Of a DNA stretch of 64,000 nt, positions 10,731-22,974 are shown in pieces. The notes under the pieces are model-generated. The model saw only the letters and a list, made by a program, of their open reading frames with translations. It was not told the DNA's origin and searched no databases. The DNA comes from Azolla caroliniana (Eukaryota > Plantae > Polypodiophyta): positions 10,912,001-10,976,000 of the forward strand of contig JBHGNT010000020.1 of assembly GCA_043228905.1 (NCBI GenBank). Direction: 5' to 3'. Made by a program: the position numbers and the translations under genes. The stretch's first letter is position 1. Each line of letters opens with the position of its first letter.

Positions 10731-12750
10731 CATTAATTCTCAATGGTAGGCTTAAAAGAATAAGCCATAGTGAAAATTTCTCAATGTAAACTACGTTGTA
10801 AAAATTCATAAATTCCATTGGGACTTTTTTGTGTTGCTCTTCTACCCCATATACCACATGTTAGTTCGTCACATCCAGGTAAATTAATGCCATGAGCTAT
10901 TTTCTTTCATTCTTAACAACCCTACATGTATATTTGTCATCAAATTCTTGATCATTTGGCAACTTTTGTGTGATGCAATGGGAGACAATGATGATTGAAT
11001 AGGATACTTGGGCTAGGTTCAGTTCACATTGAAGCGTCGATTTGATGACGGCTCTATCGAACTTAAATGTATTTTGCAATTGTTTACAAAGAGTAGTTTA
11101 TTGGTACATAACACCCAAACAATCTTGGTTTCTTTCAAGAGTATCTATGACAATTGTGATATAATTTTCGAATGATAATAAAATCAGTTTTTGCTAAATG
11201 AGTCTCATTGTTTGGTGGTTGAGAGAAAAGGACTCCTAACAACAAGGTGAAAACAAAGAATGAGGGGGGCATGTGGTGCAATGTAATGGAAAGAGGATTC
11301 ACAATATATAGCATCATTGTGATTGCAAGGTGTTGATCTACATTTAGCTCGCTAATAGACTCTTGAAATGACTTTGGTTAACTTTAGAATCTCTTGTCCT
11401 TGATGTTGGTGAGTCATGTCCCTTCGGAGCACAACAATTGAGTTTGTGTTGGCATTAAATAGAACAAGCCTCAAGCATATATAGATTTTTGCAATATTAT
11501 AGGTGTCTCGAATTATGTTGGAACAACCAATTGAGAAGCTTTGAGTTGGGAGTCGGTCTTGTTAAGTACCTCATTGATTTGACTTGACCTTGTTAAAGTA
11601 AAATGGATATATGTTGATCAAACATTCGAAACTACCTTCACAAAATCAGGTGTGATATATAATCATGTACCCAGACAATCAATGTGATAAAATCAAATTG
11701 ATACTTATTGATAAAATCAAGGAACATTATCACATATAAGGCTCACTATACTTGATCTAATTTACCGACAGTGTACAAATATTTGGAAATTGCGGAATCA
11801 CCATTCCTTTTGCTTTAAAGTCAATTCCTACTAAATTAGCATAAGTAGATAACAAACTAACAATCGAATTTAAGACTATGTTGATACCTTGTAGCACTCA
11901 CTCATGTGAAGGGGAATTAAGAACGGGGGGTTTCTTCTCGGGTTTATTTCCATCCAAATGTCAATATTGTTCCAAGCGATGCTTCCGAGAAACAATTGTG
12001 CATATCGGATGGGATCGGATGTGGCTATTTTTCAGTCTTCTCCTTGTACCCATGACTACTAAAGATTGTATTGAAAGTCAATTTGGATGGTGGTAGTGGT
12101 ACTGCTGGTTTGTTTGATTTTCAGACAAGTTAAGAGTGAACAAAATGTGTGGTTTGGTTTAAGAAACACCTTCATATTTATGACCTCTGCAAACCCCTGT
12201 CTACTACTAGTATTATCATTATTATGATTTTTATCTATGCAGAGTAACTTGTCCTGTTTTCATATCCTCTTCCTCCACCACAGCTCAGATGGTTTTTCAA
12301 ATCTTGAGGTATGTCCAAATGAGATACAGAGAAGAAAATAGAGAGAGAAATTATAGAACAAAGAAGAAAGATGAACATAATGACGTTTATGTGGGGTCTT
12401 TTTTTTTCATCGATTTGAGAGGTCCTCCATTAAAAAGCTATTTCCCTTTTTTCTCTTGTGTAAATAGAAATGAAGTTTTATGTGAACCTTCAGAATCTCA
12501 CCTCCATCAAAAGTTTCTCCTTCAATTTTTTCTCATGTAAATACCAGGAAAGTATTTGAGACATCTCCTTGAGGAGCATTTTTCTTCTCTTTTTTATTTT
12601 CGCTTCCTCATGCAACTTTTTAATTTTGTGAGAGGCTCATTTTTCCTTCATTTGTTCATTGATTCTCATCGAAAAGATGGAGGTTCTGTGGGGTGAGGGG
12701 TTGTTGATTGATGAAGCTGCCATGATCATGGGGCAAAGTGAATATTTAAA

Positions 12751-15216
12751 ATGGAGAAGAAAGGGTACATATTAATAATGGAACATCGTCTGTACCATCT
12801 TATCCAAGAGTGCAACACAAAGCAAGATCTGGTGGCTGGAAAGATTCTTTATACGATCGCAACCTTCAATTCTTTAGATGGATCAGCAAGATTTGGGGAC
12901 CATCTTATTCAGCTATTCACATCATGCAACTGCCCACATGATGCTGAGAGTGCCTTCACCCATATCATGAAACCGACACTATATACATGGAATGCCATTA
13001 TTACAGCCCATATCAATAATGAAAGATGTGAGAAGGCCCTCACTCTTTATTACCGGATGCAAGAAAAGGGGTTCATCCCAAATGCTTTCATCTTCGCTAA
13101 TGCATTGAGAGCATGTGTAAACTTACGGTCTCTGTATCATGGAAACTTTGTTTACAGTAAGATCCTAAGATTTGGAGTAGAAAGAGACTCTGTCATAAAG
13201 AATAGTCTAATCAGCATGTTTTTCCAATGTGGAAGTGTGAATGCAGCTGAAAAGGTTTTTAAATCACAAGCCGATCGGGATGTGGTGACATGGACAACAA
13301 TGATAGGTGGATATGTCCAAAATGGTTTATCTTTCCAAGCATTGCAAGTCCTTGAAGAAATGCAAGTAGTGGGCATAGAGCCAAATAGAGTCACTTTCTT
13401 ATGCACCCTAAGGGCATGTAGTGCTTTAGGAAACCTTGATTTGGCTAGGCTTTTACATCATAGGCTTCTAAACAGTGGATTTGAGTCCGGAATTGGCATC
13501 AAACCCATGCTTATATATGTGTATGCTAAGTGTAACTCCCTAAAAGAGGCTGAAGGCGTGTTTCGGTCTTTCCAGAATCGAGATGATGTCTCTGTATGCA
13601 GTGCGATGATGTCTGCCTATGCCCATCATGGATATGATGATCTTGCATTTGAATTCCTCGATAAACAACGAAGAGGTGGGAAAGCACCAAATGAGGTTAT
13701 GCTTGTGTGTTCCTTGAATATATGTGGCAAACAAAAATGCATTAGAAAAGGAAAGGAAATGAATGACATAATCATGAAAAGGGGTTTTGATCTCAGAAAA
13801 GATGTAGGGAATGCACTTATCAACATGTATGTAAATTGTGGATGCTTAAATGAAGCAAAAATTGTTTTTGATAGAATGATTTCAAAGGATGAAATCTCGT
13901 GGGGAAGCATAGCTCATGGATATATGCAAAATGAGGATTGGAAACTGGCTCTTGAGATCTTCAGGAAGATGATATCAGAAGATATCAAACTGACGACATT
14001 CATTTTATCAAGTATGTCGAAAGCATGTGGTAGCATCAAGGACTTATGCCAAGGGGAGCTCGTACATTTTCAAGTAATTGTAAGGTCTCTTGAATCTGAT
14101 ACCATTGTGGGAAATGCTATCCTCGACATGTATGCGAAATGTGGAAGCTTAACTGATGCCAACAATGTGTTCGAAAGATTACATGAGAAAAGTGAGGTTT
14201 CGTGGGGTGCAATGATGGTTGGATATAGCCAGCATGGTTGTGGAAACCTTGCGCTTAACTTTTTTGAAAAAATGCAACGAGAGAGTGATTTTAAGCCCAA
14301 TGAAATCATGCTTTCATGCGTTGTGAAAGCTTCTGGTGAAATGAAGGCCTTAAAACGAGGGATGATATTCCACGAAGAGATAATCCGAGGTGGGTACGAT
14401 TCAAATGTGGTGGTATCAAACACACTAATTGATATGTACATCAAGTGTGAAAGCATCTTGGAAGCACAAAGAATGTTTGATTTACTACCGAATCAAGATG
14501 CTGTGTCATGGGGAACATTGATCGATGGGTATGCTCAACGAGGCCACGGAAACCTTGCTTTTCAATGTTTCACCAAAATGGTCCAAGAAGGATTTGGCCC
14601 AAATAAAGTTGCATTTCTGGGTGCTTTGAAAGCTTGTACTATCATCGGGGATATAAATAAAGGAAGGTTGCTACACAATCAAATCATTCAAAGTGGAATA
14701 GATGCCGACATTGAGATTTCTAGCACTCTTATCAACATGTATAGCAAATGTGGAAGCTTGGAGGATACGAAGGAAGTTTTCCGTGGTATTCATTCACAAG
14801 ATGGGGTTATATGGGGAATCTTATCGGGAGCATATGCACACCATGGGGAGTGGGAAAAGGCTGAGGAATGTCTCCAGGCCATGGAAGGGGAAGATCTTGA
14901 ATTCGAAGCTGTGTATGGGAGTCTCATTTCAGCCTTTGGTCATGTGGGTCAAATCAAGGGGGTCCAGAGTCTATTGGGTCCAGAGTATGCGAGTGTTCCT
15001 AGTAGCATTGAGTGTTATAATTGTGTGGCTGACCTCCTTGGTAGAATAGGATATTTAAAGGAAGCCCAACTTTTACTTGGGGTAATACCCATGTCTCCCG
15101 ATGCGGTTGGATGGGTATCATTATTAACTGCTTGTAAGACTTACGGAAACGTGAAACTAGGGAAAGATTGCTTAGAACGACTTATGCCGTCAAATCTGAA
15201 TCTGCCCTTTGGCTAA
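12751..15216 (+). CDS. PLS-class pentatricopeptide repeat protein with truncated E extension (no DYW); candidate organellar RNA-editing specificity factor
   Basis: 821-aa intronless ORF of repeated P-L-S triplets (e.g. GNAILDMYAKCGSLTDANNVF / VSWGAMMVGYSQHG / PNEIMLSCVVKA). It ends with S2/E1-type CYNCVADLLGRIGYLKEA and WVSLLTACKTYGNVKLG. Confidence 0.92.
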   Translation: MEKKGYILIMEHRLYHLIQECNTKQDLVAGKILYTIATFNSLDGSARFGDHLIQLFTSCNCPHDAESAFTHIMKPTLYTWNAIITAHINNERCEKALTLYYRMQEKGFIPNAFIFANALRACVNLRSLYHGNFVYSKILRFGVERDSVIKNSLISMFFQCGSVNAAEKVFKSQADRDVVTWTTMIGGYVQNGLSFQALQVLEEMQVVGIEPNRVTFLCTLRACSALGNLDLARLLHHRLLNSGFESGIGIKPMLIYVYAKCNSLKEAEGVFRSFQNRDDVSVCSAMMSAYAHHGYDDLAFEFLDKQRRGGKAPNEVMLVCSLNICGKQKCIRKGKEMNDIIMKRGFDLRKDVGNALINMYVNCGCLNEAKIVFDRMISKDEISWGSIAHGYMQNEDWKLALEIFRKMISEDIKLTTFILSSMSKACGSIKDLCQGELVHFQVIVRSLESDTIVGNAILDMYAKCGSLTDANNVFERLHEKSEVSWGAMMVGYSQHGCGNLALNFFEKMQRESDFKPNEIMLSCVVKASGEMKALKRGMIFHEEIIRGGYDSNVVVSNTLIDMYIKCESILEAQRMFDLLPNQDAVSWGTLIDGYAQRGHGNLAFQCFTKMVQEGFGPNKVAFLGALKACTIIGDINKGRLLHNQIIQSGIDADIEISSTLINMYSKCGSLEDTKEVFRGIHSQDGVIWGILSGAYAHHGEWEKAEECLQAMEGEDLEFEAVYGSLISAFGHVGQIKGVQSLLGPEYASVPSSIECYNCVADLLGRIGYLKEAQLLLGVIPMSPDAVGWVSLLTACKTYGNVKLGKDCLERLMPSNLNLPFG

Positions 15217-16359
15217 TTATCTAGTGGTGTAAGCATTCACAATACAAAAGATGATGCTTATTTCAAAGTATATTAATCTACCATCATTATCCACCTTTTT
15301 AAAGTAAGATGGATGAGTTAGATTTCCGAGGAATATAAACATTCTCCAAATCATACTTAAAGATCTACCTAATTTGGTGGGGTTCAATGCTGGAGAAGAG
15401 TTTTAACAACTTGATTTACTTCTGGGTAGGGTTTTCTAGCTATGTCGTCAAGAGTCTAGGCAACATAGTACTCTACAAACAACAATTTCTCCATCTTCAC
15501 CCACTTTGATAGAAATAAAATTCCCATGTCTAAATTCAAATTTATATCGAATCGTTGCATGGTAATTGTACAATATACTATTTTATTGATGCATGGGTAG
15601 ACAATGGAATTAAGAATTGTTCCAATTATTTTGCCTAGCACGTCATGATATGATTATATTTGGGAATCAGTATTTGCTTTGCCTATTCTTGTGGCCATTG
15701 TTTTGAAATTGTTGGAAAGAGGAATTGTAGATATTTGTTATTGGATAGCAGCACATTGATACTAAGGGTGGACATCAATGAAACTTATCATGAAAATAAA
15801 GATTGGTTGGTGTTATTGACATGACACATTATTCAACATTTCAATGGTGGTGACAAGAATTAGTTGCATATAGTGATCTCATCATCCATTTTGTGTGAAA
15901 GTGTTTCATTTGCAAACATGCTTCGTTGCTAAAAATATTTGGTTTTTTATTGCCTAACTTTGGGCATCATTGACCAGTTCTTACAGTCCTTTCAGTGTAT
16001 TTAAGCTCAAGGAGCTAGTCTGCCTTTGGTACTAGGGTCTATGTTACAATAGGAATATCGCAATGGGTTCTTCTTATCACCCCTTCGATGGATTTTAGCT
16101 CAAGGAGCTAGACTACCTTTTGTACAAGGGTCTATGGTACAATTGGAATATGAGAAACAAGTTCTTTTTCATGGTTCCAATGGAATACCACATGTATATA
16201 GGGAGAGGGAGAAGAATGATATAACCTCCAGAGTCCATAGTGGAGGATTGTAGCGTTATATTGTAACATATTGAATTTTGTACATTACTGGATATGAATT
16301 ATTACTCTTGAGGTTTACATAGATAGCTCCTCTCTCTCTCTCTCTCTCTCTCTCTCCTT

Positions 16360-19277
16360 TAATTGATTCCTCCTTGCCTTTAGAGAACCTTACCATAGAA
16401 CTCACACACATCCTTCATTCTGCAACAATTAGCAGTTTCCCATATACGAAACACTCTAATCAAGGTAGAGTAGGGGCTATGCCACATAATAGATGGTATC
16501 GCAACTTAGTGGTACTATTACCTTAGTATAAGCTCGCAAAGAAATGCACAAGATGACACGTCGTAAGAGATGAGCATGGGAGGCATCTCAATATTAGGAC
16601 CTCTACCATATGCTCATGAGTAGCGATTGCGCCATTGCGTGGAAGAGACTAGGGGAACCATGACCACAAACACCCATCGAGGATCTCAACACTTGGCACA
16701 CATATACAAAGGGACTTTACCAAGTCCCAAACTAGCCACCTATTCCCATGCCTTTACACCTCAACCTACCATGGGGACACTTTTCATGACCTCTAAGGTC
16801 ACGAAGTTCATAAAGAAATTACAACATAGGAAGTCCATGGACCACACAAGATTGTGAGTTGAACACATCATATATGCTCGAGAGTGCCTAGCTCCTTTTC
16901 TCACTCTAATATTTAACCGTGCCCTTGCCGAGGGTTTTCCACCACAGTGGACCATGAACATAGTGGCCCCTGTACATAAAGGAGGGGACCCCATGGACCC
17001 AAATACATATCGAACCATTATAACAGGTCATATGCTCACTAAATTATATGGTGTAGTAATGGAAGCATAGCTCAACGATTGTATGGAGACCTTAAGTCTT
17101 TGAGCACCTGAACAAGCTGGCTTTAGACGAGCTTTCTCTACTATTGATTATATCTTCACACTTAGATGCTTAATTGACTAGACGAAGGCCTACAGGAAGA
17201 AATTATATTGTTGTTTTGTGGACTTCTATAGAGCCTTTGACACAATCCCTAGAGAGCGGTCATTTGAGAGGTTTAAAAGCTTGGAGATACTAGATGACAT
17301 GATTTGGGCCATTTATGCTTTATATGAGCAAGTCTCTGGGTGCATATGATGCCTAGGTGGCCTATCTGATTGCTTCACTAGCACCATTGGTGTGAAACAA
17401 GGTTCTCCCCTATCATCGACTCTTTTTGGGATCTACATTGATGAGATCACTGATTTTATTGCTCTCAAGGGAGGCAACAGAGTAGTCCTTGGGGGTACAC
17501 AAGTTAGTCTCTTGCTCTATGCATATGACATAGTTTTGCTCTCTGAGTCTAAACATGACCTACAAAGGCAACTTAATGCATTAGATGACTTTTGCGCGCA
17601 ACGAGGATTGATAGTGAATCTAGTAAAAACTAAAGTCCTTATCTTTCACACATTTGCTCGAGTTAGGACTGAATGTCACCTAGCGCTCTCTCATAGACCA
17701 ATTGAGGTAGTTTGATCATATGTATATCTTGGTGTCACTTTTAATGCTCGCTCGGGTAAATTTTCGATGACACAGGCAACCAAAGATAGACTAATGTGAG
17801 GATATGCATCCCTCTCACTTTTAGAGAGACAATGCCACCAGACATACTTTCAAGAACCATGGCCTAAGGGGTGGCTCTTAGACTCATTAGTGATCCCTTC
17901 CCTCATGTATGCATAAGAGGTTTGGGCTCCACGGCTACCATCTTTCATGTGGACGCAATTAGAAAGACCATTGGTGACGATGTTATCACCTCAACTCTGA
18001 AGCAAATCGATAGTGCCACATGAAATTATTAGAGTAGAGTTCACTTACCCCCAATGTTAGTGGAAGCACTTTTCCAACTTGTAGTTTTTATTCATAGGAT
18101 ACATAACTAATTACAAGGTAGAATATCTCGTCAAGCTTTTGAGGCATCTCAATCACTATATGAGTCCGGAGATACTAGCTCTTGGTATAACATTGTGGTG
18201 AGTTGGCTTCTTGAAAATGGCCTAGACATTAATAACCTACCTTCCCTTAGGTACAACTACGAGATGGTAACATTTTAATCTCTCATGAGGACCGTAATAA
18301 AGTAATACGCCAAGAAATATGGCAAATCTACACTTGATATAAACGGATCAACCCACTAGTCTAAGCCACTCCCATCTAAAATGTTGTACTATAAGGAACA
18401 CTTCATGCACTTCTCTAAGTTAGGTTTTATTACACAACCAAAATATCTCGATACTTTCTTACCGAATGCACTAAGGGTTGCCATTGGACAACTTAGAATA
18501 TCATCTCACCAACTTGAGATTGAGAATGGTCGTACTAATGGAGTCCATAGAGAGGAAAGGATATGTGGATTATATCACATTGAGATAGAGGATGAGTATC
18601 ACTTTACATGCAAGTGTCCAACTTACACCGAGATAAGGGCAAAATACCAAGACATACTCGGCCCTCTCCCACCCTCTCTAAACTATTAGATACTCTAGGT
18701 ACAAAGAAATTAGGTAGATATATCTTAGAGCTAAAACAACATCGAGAGAATAAGCTACAAAATGTTAACAATAACCTTTCTAATATTCACCAGCATGTAA
18801 CCAATGAAAATTTTCAGGGATAGGGGGAGAGGATGAATGTGGACACACGTGCACCACTTGGCCACTCCCTTGCTAAAGCAGAAAACCAAAGAACAACCAA
18901 ATGCACTTGGATCCCGGGCTTCAAAGCAACTCGACGTGGTGTAGATGCAATTAAGAACATAAGGGAATGTGAGTTGCACCGTCAAGAAGCTATGGTTGGG
19001 GTACCACGTGCCACACTCACATCGAAACCCTTTGACCTCCCGCTTCTTTTCAAGAGACTTGGATGGAAATGAAAGGAGGCCTAGTACAAAGCCATTTGAA
19101 TATGTTACACAGTACACTATAACATGCTTTGTACAATACTAGAACTCTTTTGGTTTAAGTTCTAATTTATTTTATATTTTCGATGATCGGGTAAACACCT
19201 CTTTTTTGTTGTAAACCAATTGTGGGCCAATTTTGGTTTTAGAAGATGTTAATATATCTTTCTTTCTTTCTTTCTCT
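16360..19277 (+). mobile_element. 5'-truncated non-LTR retrotransposon (RTEX/L2-like LINE), degraded RT and C-terminal CCHC-like domain
   Basis: Interrupted RT motifs PVHKGGDPMDPNTYRTI, EQAGFRRAFSTIDYIF, CCFVDFYRAFDTI, KQGSPLSSTLF, LLYAYDIVLL. C-terminal REERICGLYHIEIEDEYHFTCKCP. Ends in a (CTTT)n tail and starts after a (CT)n tract. Confidence 0.85.
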
Positions 19278-19372
19278 CACAACAAAATGCTCGTTGTAAA
19301 GCATATGAATTTTTTTTGAAAAATAAGATTAAGGATGTGCCTAAAGATGGAAATGTAGGCAAATAGGGGCAC

Positions 19373-21210
19373 ATGACCTATGATACTAAACCATGGCTTC
19401 TACGACTATGCTTTTGGAATTGCAATGGATACCCATGGAATGGGGGATTTGGCATAAAGGAGTTCATAGATGACTTGGATATCACACTTCTTGTTGAAAC
19501 ATGGGAGCATGATACTCAAAGGATTCAAGGTTTAGGAAACTATAATGTACACTTTTTGATATGGGAGAAAAATCCAAGACAAAGATGGGACAAGGAGGGG
19601 TGACATGTTTGATTAAGAAGGAAATATGTTAAAAATGATGAACATAAATGCTACATATGGCTCAAAATAGAAACACCTAATGATTTGCCCACTTTTGTAG
19701 TTGGATGTTACATTCCTTATCAAGATTTTAACTTTTATGCTTGTTTGGATAAATATCAACCTTGTGCCAATCTAGAAAATGATATTGCTTATTTCAAATC
19801 TAAAGGGGAAGTTATTGTCTTTGGGGACATGAATTCCCGTACAAGAAGTTTCCAACTTGATGCACAACAATCTTTCATGCCATATATCTCAAGGATGCAA
19901 GAGGATATACAAATGTATAGCCGCTCTTCTATTGATGAAAAAGATCCAGACCAATTTGGGAAGTTACTCCTACAAATGTGAAATAGTATCGGATTGCTTA
20001 TAATTGCAAATGGTGTTTCCTGATGGCCCACCACTAATGGTTTTATATATAGAAAACAAAATGGAAATAACGTGATTGACTATGTGCTACTTTCCGAAGG
20101 TATTTTGGATTGTATACATAAATTTTCACTTGGTGAATGGTGTTAGGGTTATGTCCCTCCTAATGGGAGAAGTCGGTTGTCGATTGGGAGAATCGGTACT
20201 CAAAATCGAATCGGTCGGTCGGATCAACCAATGAGTCGACTAAGTGAAGGAAATGAAGATTTGATCAGTCAAGTCAACCAGATCGATTAGTAAGTCGACT
20301 TGTTGGTCGACTGTATTGGATGGTTGATCCAAGTCAAGGACAATAGGTGGACTAGTCGGGCCAATTGGATGGTCGAAGACAAGGCCGACTAGTCGGGCTG
20401 ACTGGATAGTTGACAAAAAGAGTCAGCTAGTTGAATCGACTAGATTGTCGACTTGTGGGTCAGACAACCGAGTCCACCAGTTGACCGAGTAACTATTATT
20501 ATAATATAATAATAACTTACTCACATCTATAAATATGTGGAGTTAGGGCAAACTTTGTAGAGAGAGTGGTGAAGGTGGAATAGTGTTGTAGTAGTGTAAT
20601 AGTAGTGCCATAGAGCGAAGGAAGAAGACAAGAGTGAAAGAGAGTGAGTGACGATAGAGTTTAGTGAAACTTGTCAATACCCTAAGTGGGTATTCTCTGA
20701 TTTTCAAAGTCTTGTAACCTTTCTCTTGTATTTCGCTTTCTTCACAGTGAAAGTTTGTTGCCCCACGATTTTCCCTGTTCTAGGGTTTCCACATAAAAGT
20801 TGTGTACTGTGTATTTTGTTTTTTGTTTTATATATTTTAGTCTATCTTTCTCGTTTGTCTACAATCCTCAACTCAACAAATGGACATAGAATCCGATCGT
20901 AGGGCTTTATGTATTGACCTCAAATGTATGCATAGGTTTGATTGTGAGAAGGCCATTGAAGATAATAAACAACCCCACTTGCGGATGAACCTTAAGCGAG
21001 TGCCCATGTATTCTAAGAGGGTTGAGGATATGTTACAAATGACAATGATACAACATAGTGCTACACTAGAATGCAAATGGGAAGCTTTTAAGAAAGTCAT
21101 TCTCTCATGCACAAACAAATGTTTTTCGACCAAGCACACATCTTGGAAATGCATCAAGAAATGTAGTTCAAAGAAAAAATGGTTTGATAAAGAATGTCAT
21201 GAAGCTCAAG
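19373..21210 (+). mobile_element. LINE fragment: APE endonuclease domain plus linker, split by a solo LTR
   Basis: FWNCNG...LLVETW, VFGDMNSRT, VIDYVLLS, then after the LTR SDRRALCI (SDH motif) and KKWFDKEC. No RT follows. Confidence 0.8.
20141..20878 (+). mobile_element. Solo LTR (738 bp) with 5-bp TSD AATGG
   Basis: Starts TGTTAGG and ends CTCAACA, flanked by AATGG at 20136-20140 and 20879-20883. TATAAA at ~20528. The LINE reading frame resumes across it. Confidence 0.9.
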
Positions 21211-22974
21211 GTTTAGCACCACACAAGAGGAGGTGATTAGGGTTCAGTTGTCTTAGCTCTTAACCCTTATCTCTCTTAACGTTAGTGAAGGATTAAGGAG
21301 ATAGACGATGAGCTCTTAGTGCACTAATAGAAAAGAGAAATCCTAAGAATGAAGAAGAGCCTCAAAAGTCACCAAAAGGTGGCATTTATAACTTTTCACA
21401 AGGCAAGTGTCTCCTTTTCACACTAGGTTGCCCATTGGCCTACATTGTTTCCTCTTTGGATTGTTCTACCCCCCTTTTTCCTAAGCTTGGTTGAGCTCAA
21501 TGTCTCTTGTTAACACCACAATCTCCATAACTGGTGTGCTGAGTGTCAGATACTTAACAAGGGGACTACTGGGAACTTGAACCGGAGAGGACGGAGTGGG
21601 TTCGAGTTATTAACTTTGTTCCTTAGAAGTTCTTTCACTTTTCATAACTCGTGTGTAAAAGGATGTGCAAGTGTGAAGAGTAAATTTTAATGTATTGTAT
21701 AAATATTTGTATGACGGTGGATTTGTGTGTGTTATATGTAACGTGTGTGTATAATATATATAAAAGAAATGTAAATTTGTGTTTGTGTAAGTGTGCACTT
21801 GAGTATGGGTTTATCTAAGTGAATTATTGCACGAAGGTGTGTAGATGTGTATATGTAGAAATGTTTGTTTAAATGTTTGTTATAAGGGCAAATAAGACTT
21901 TATATATATATGCAAGTGTGTATGTATAAGTGTGGACATGTAAATGCGTAATTAATTGTGGACATATAAGGGCAACGTTAAATTTGAATGTAAAGTGTTA
22001 CATTATATTGTGTGTATAATGTAGGCATAGATTGACACATACATACGTGATATTCGAGATATTTGCCATGTGTGATATTCACAATATTCGAGAATAAGAA
22101 ATGCCCCCAAAAATATTATAAAACCATTCGTTTTGCAAAATAGATTTACATAATAAAAATTGACACGAGTGTTTCCTCCACAACGTTTTGAGCTCTCTCT
22201 TCCTTTAACTTTCCATCTATTTGTGCATTTTTTCTTTCCTTCAATGTTGTTTCAACACGCATGTAGCCTCTTTCGGATCCACGACATATACAGACATGGA
22301 AAAATATGTGTTCATAGAGATTCTAACAAGAAAAATAATAATAGTATCTAGGTCACAGATATATGATATCATATAGAGCCCAATGCTAAAGACTTAAACG
22401 TCAGTCCTTATATGGTAGCTTGCTGAATTAAAGCCTTGGCCTAATCATGTATATGTGAATAATGAATCCACTCACACAAACATGCAAAGATACCATCTGT
22501 AGACCAATGTTAAAGAAGCTTTAAAATTAATCCTAATATGGAAGCTTGTATGAATTACAAGCTTAACCTAAATAATCATGAACGCACCCACAAGATGCAC
22601 CTACACACAAAGAGTATACATACATTAGAAAGGTTAAATTGGAACCAACAAATGGATGAATTCCTTACTTCAAAGAGTATTGGAATAACCTTCTCCTTTT
22701 CTTGTTTCACTTGATCAAGTCGAAATGATCAACTGAAATATGGTCGAAATTAAGGTTTTGACTGAAATTAGGAATTTCAACTAAAGCCCTAATTTGTAGG
22801 CTAAGAACAAGATGCAGGGGGGGCTTCTTCGTCGTCGTTTTCTTGCTAGGCAAGTTTTAAAAAATAAAACAAATACTTTTACATCTATTTGTATTTGTAT
22901 TCGTATGCATTCGTGGGGAAGTCCCTACGAATGCAAACATGTCAATCTATGAATGTAGCTATGCATATGTTTCT

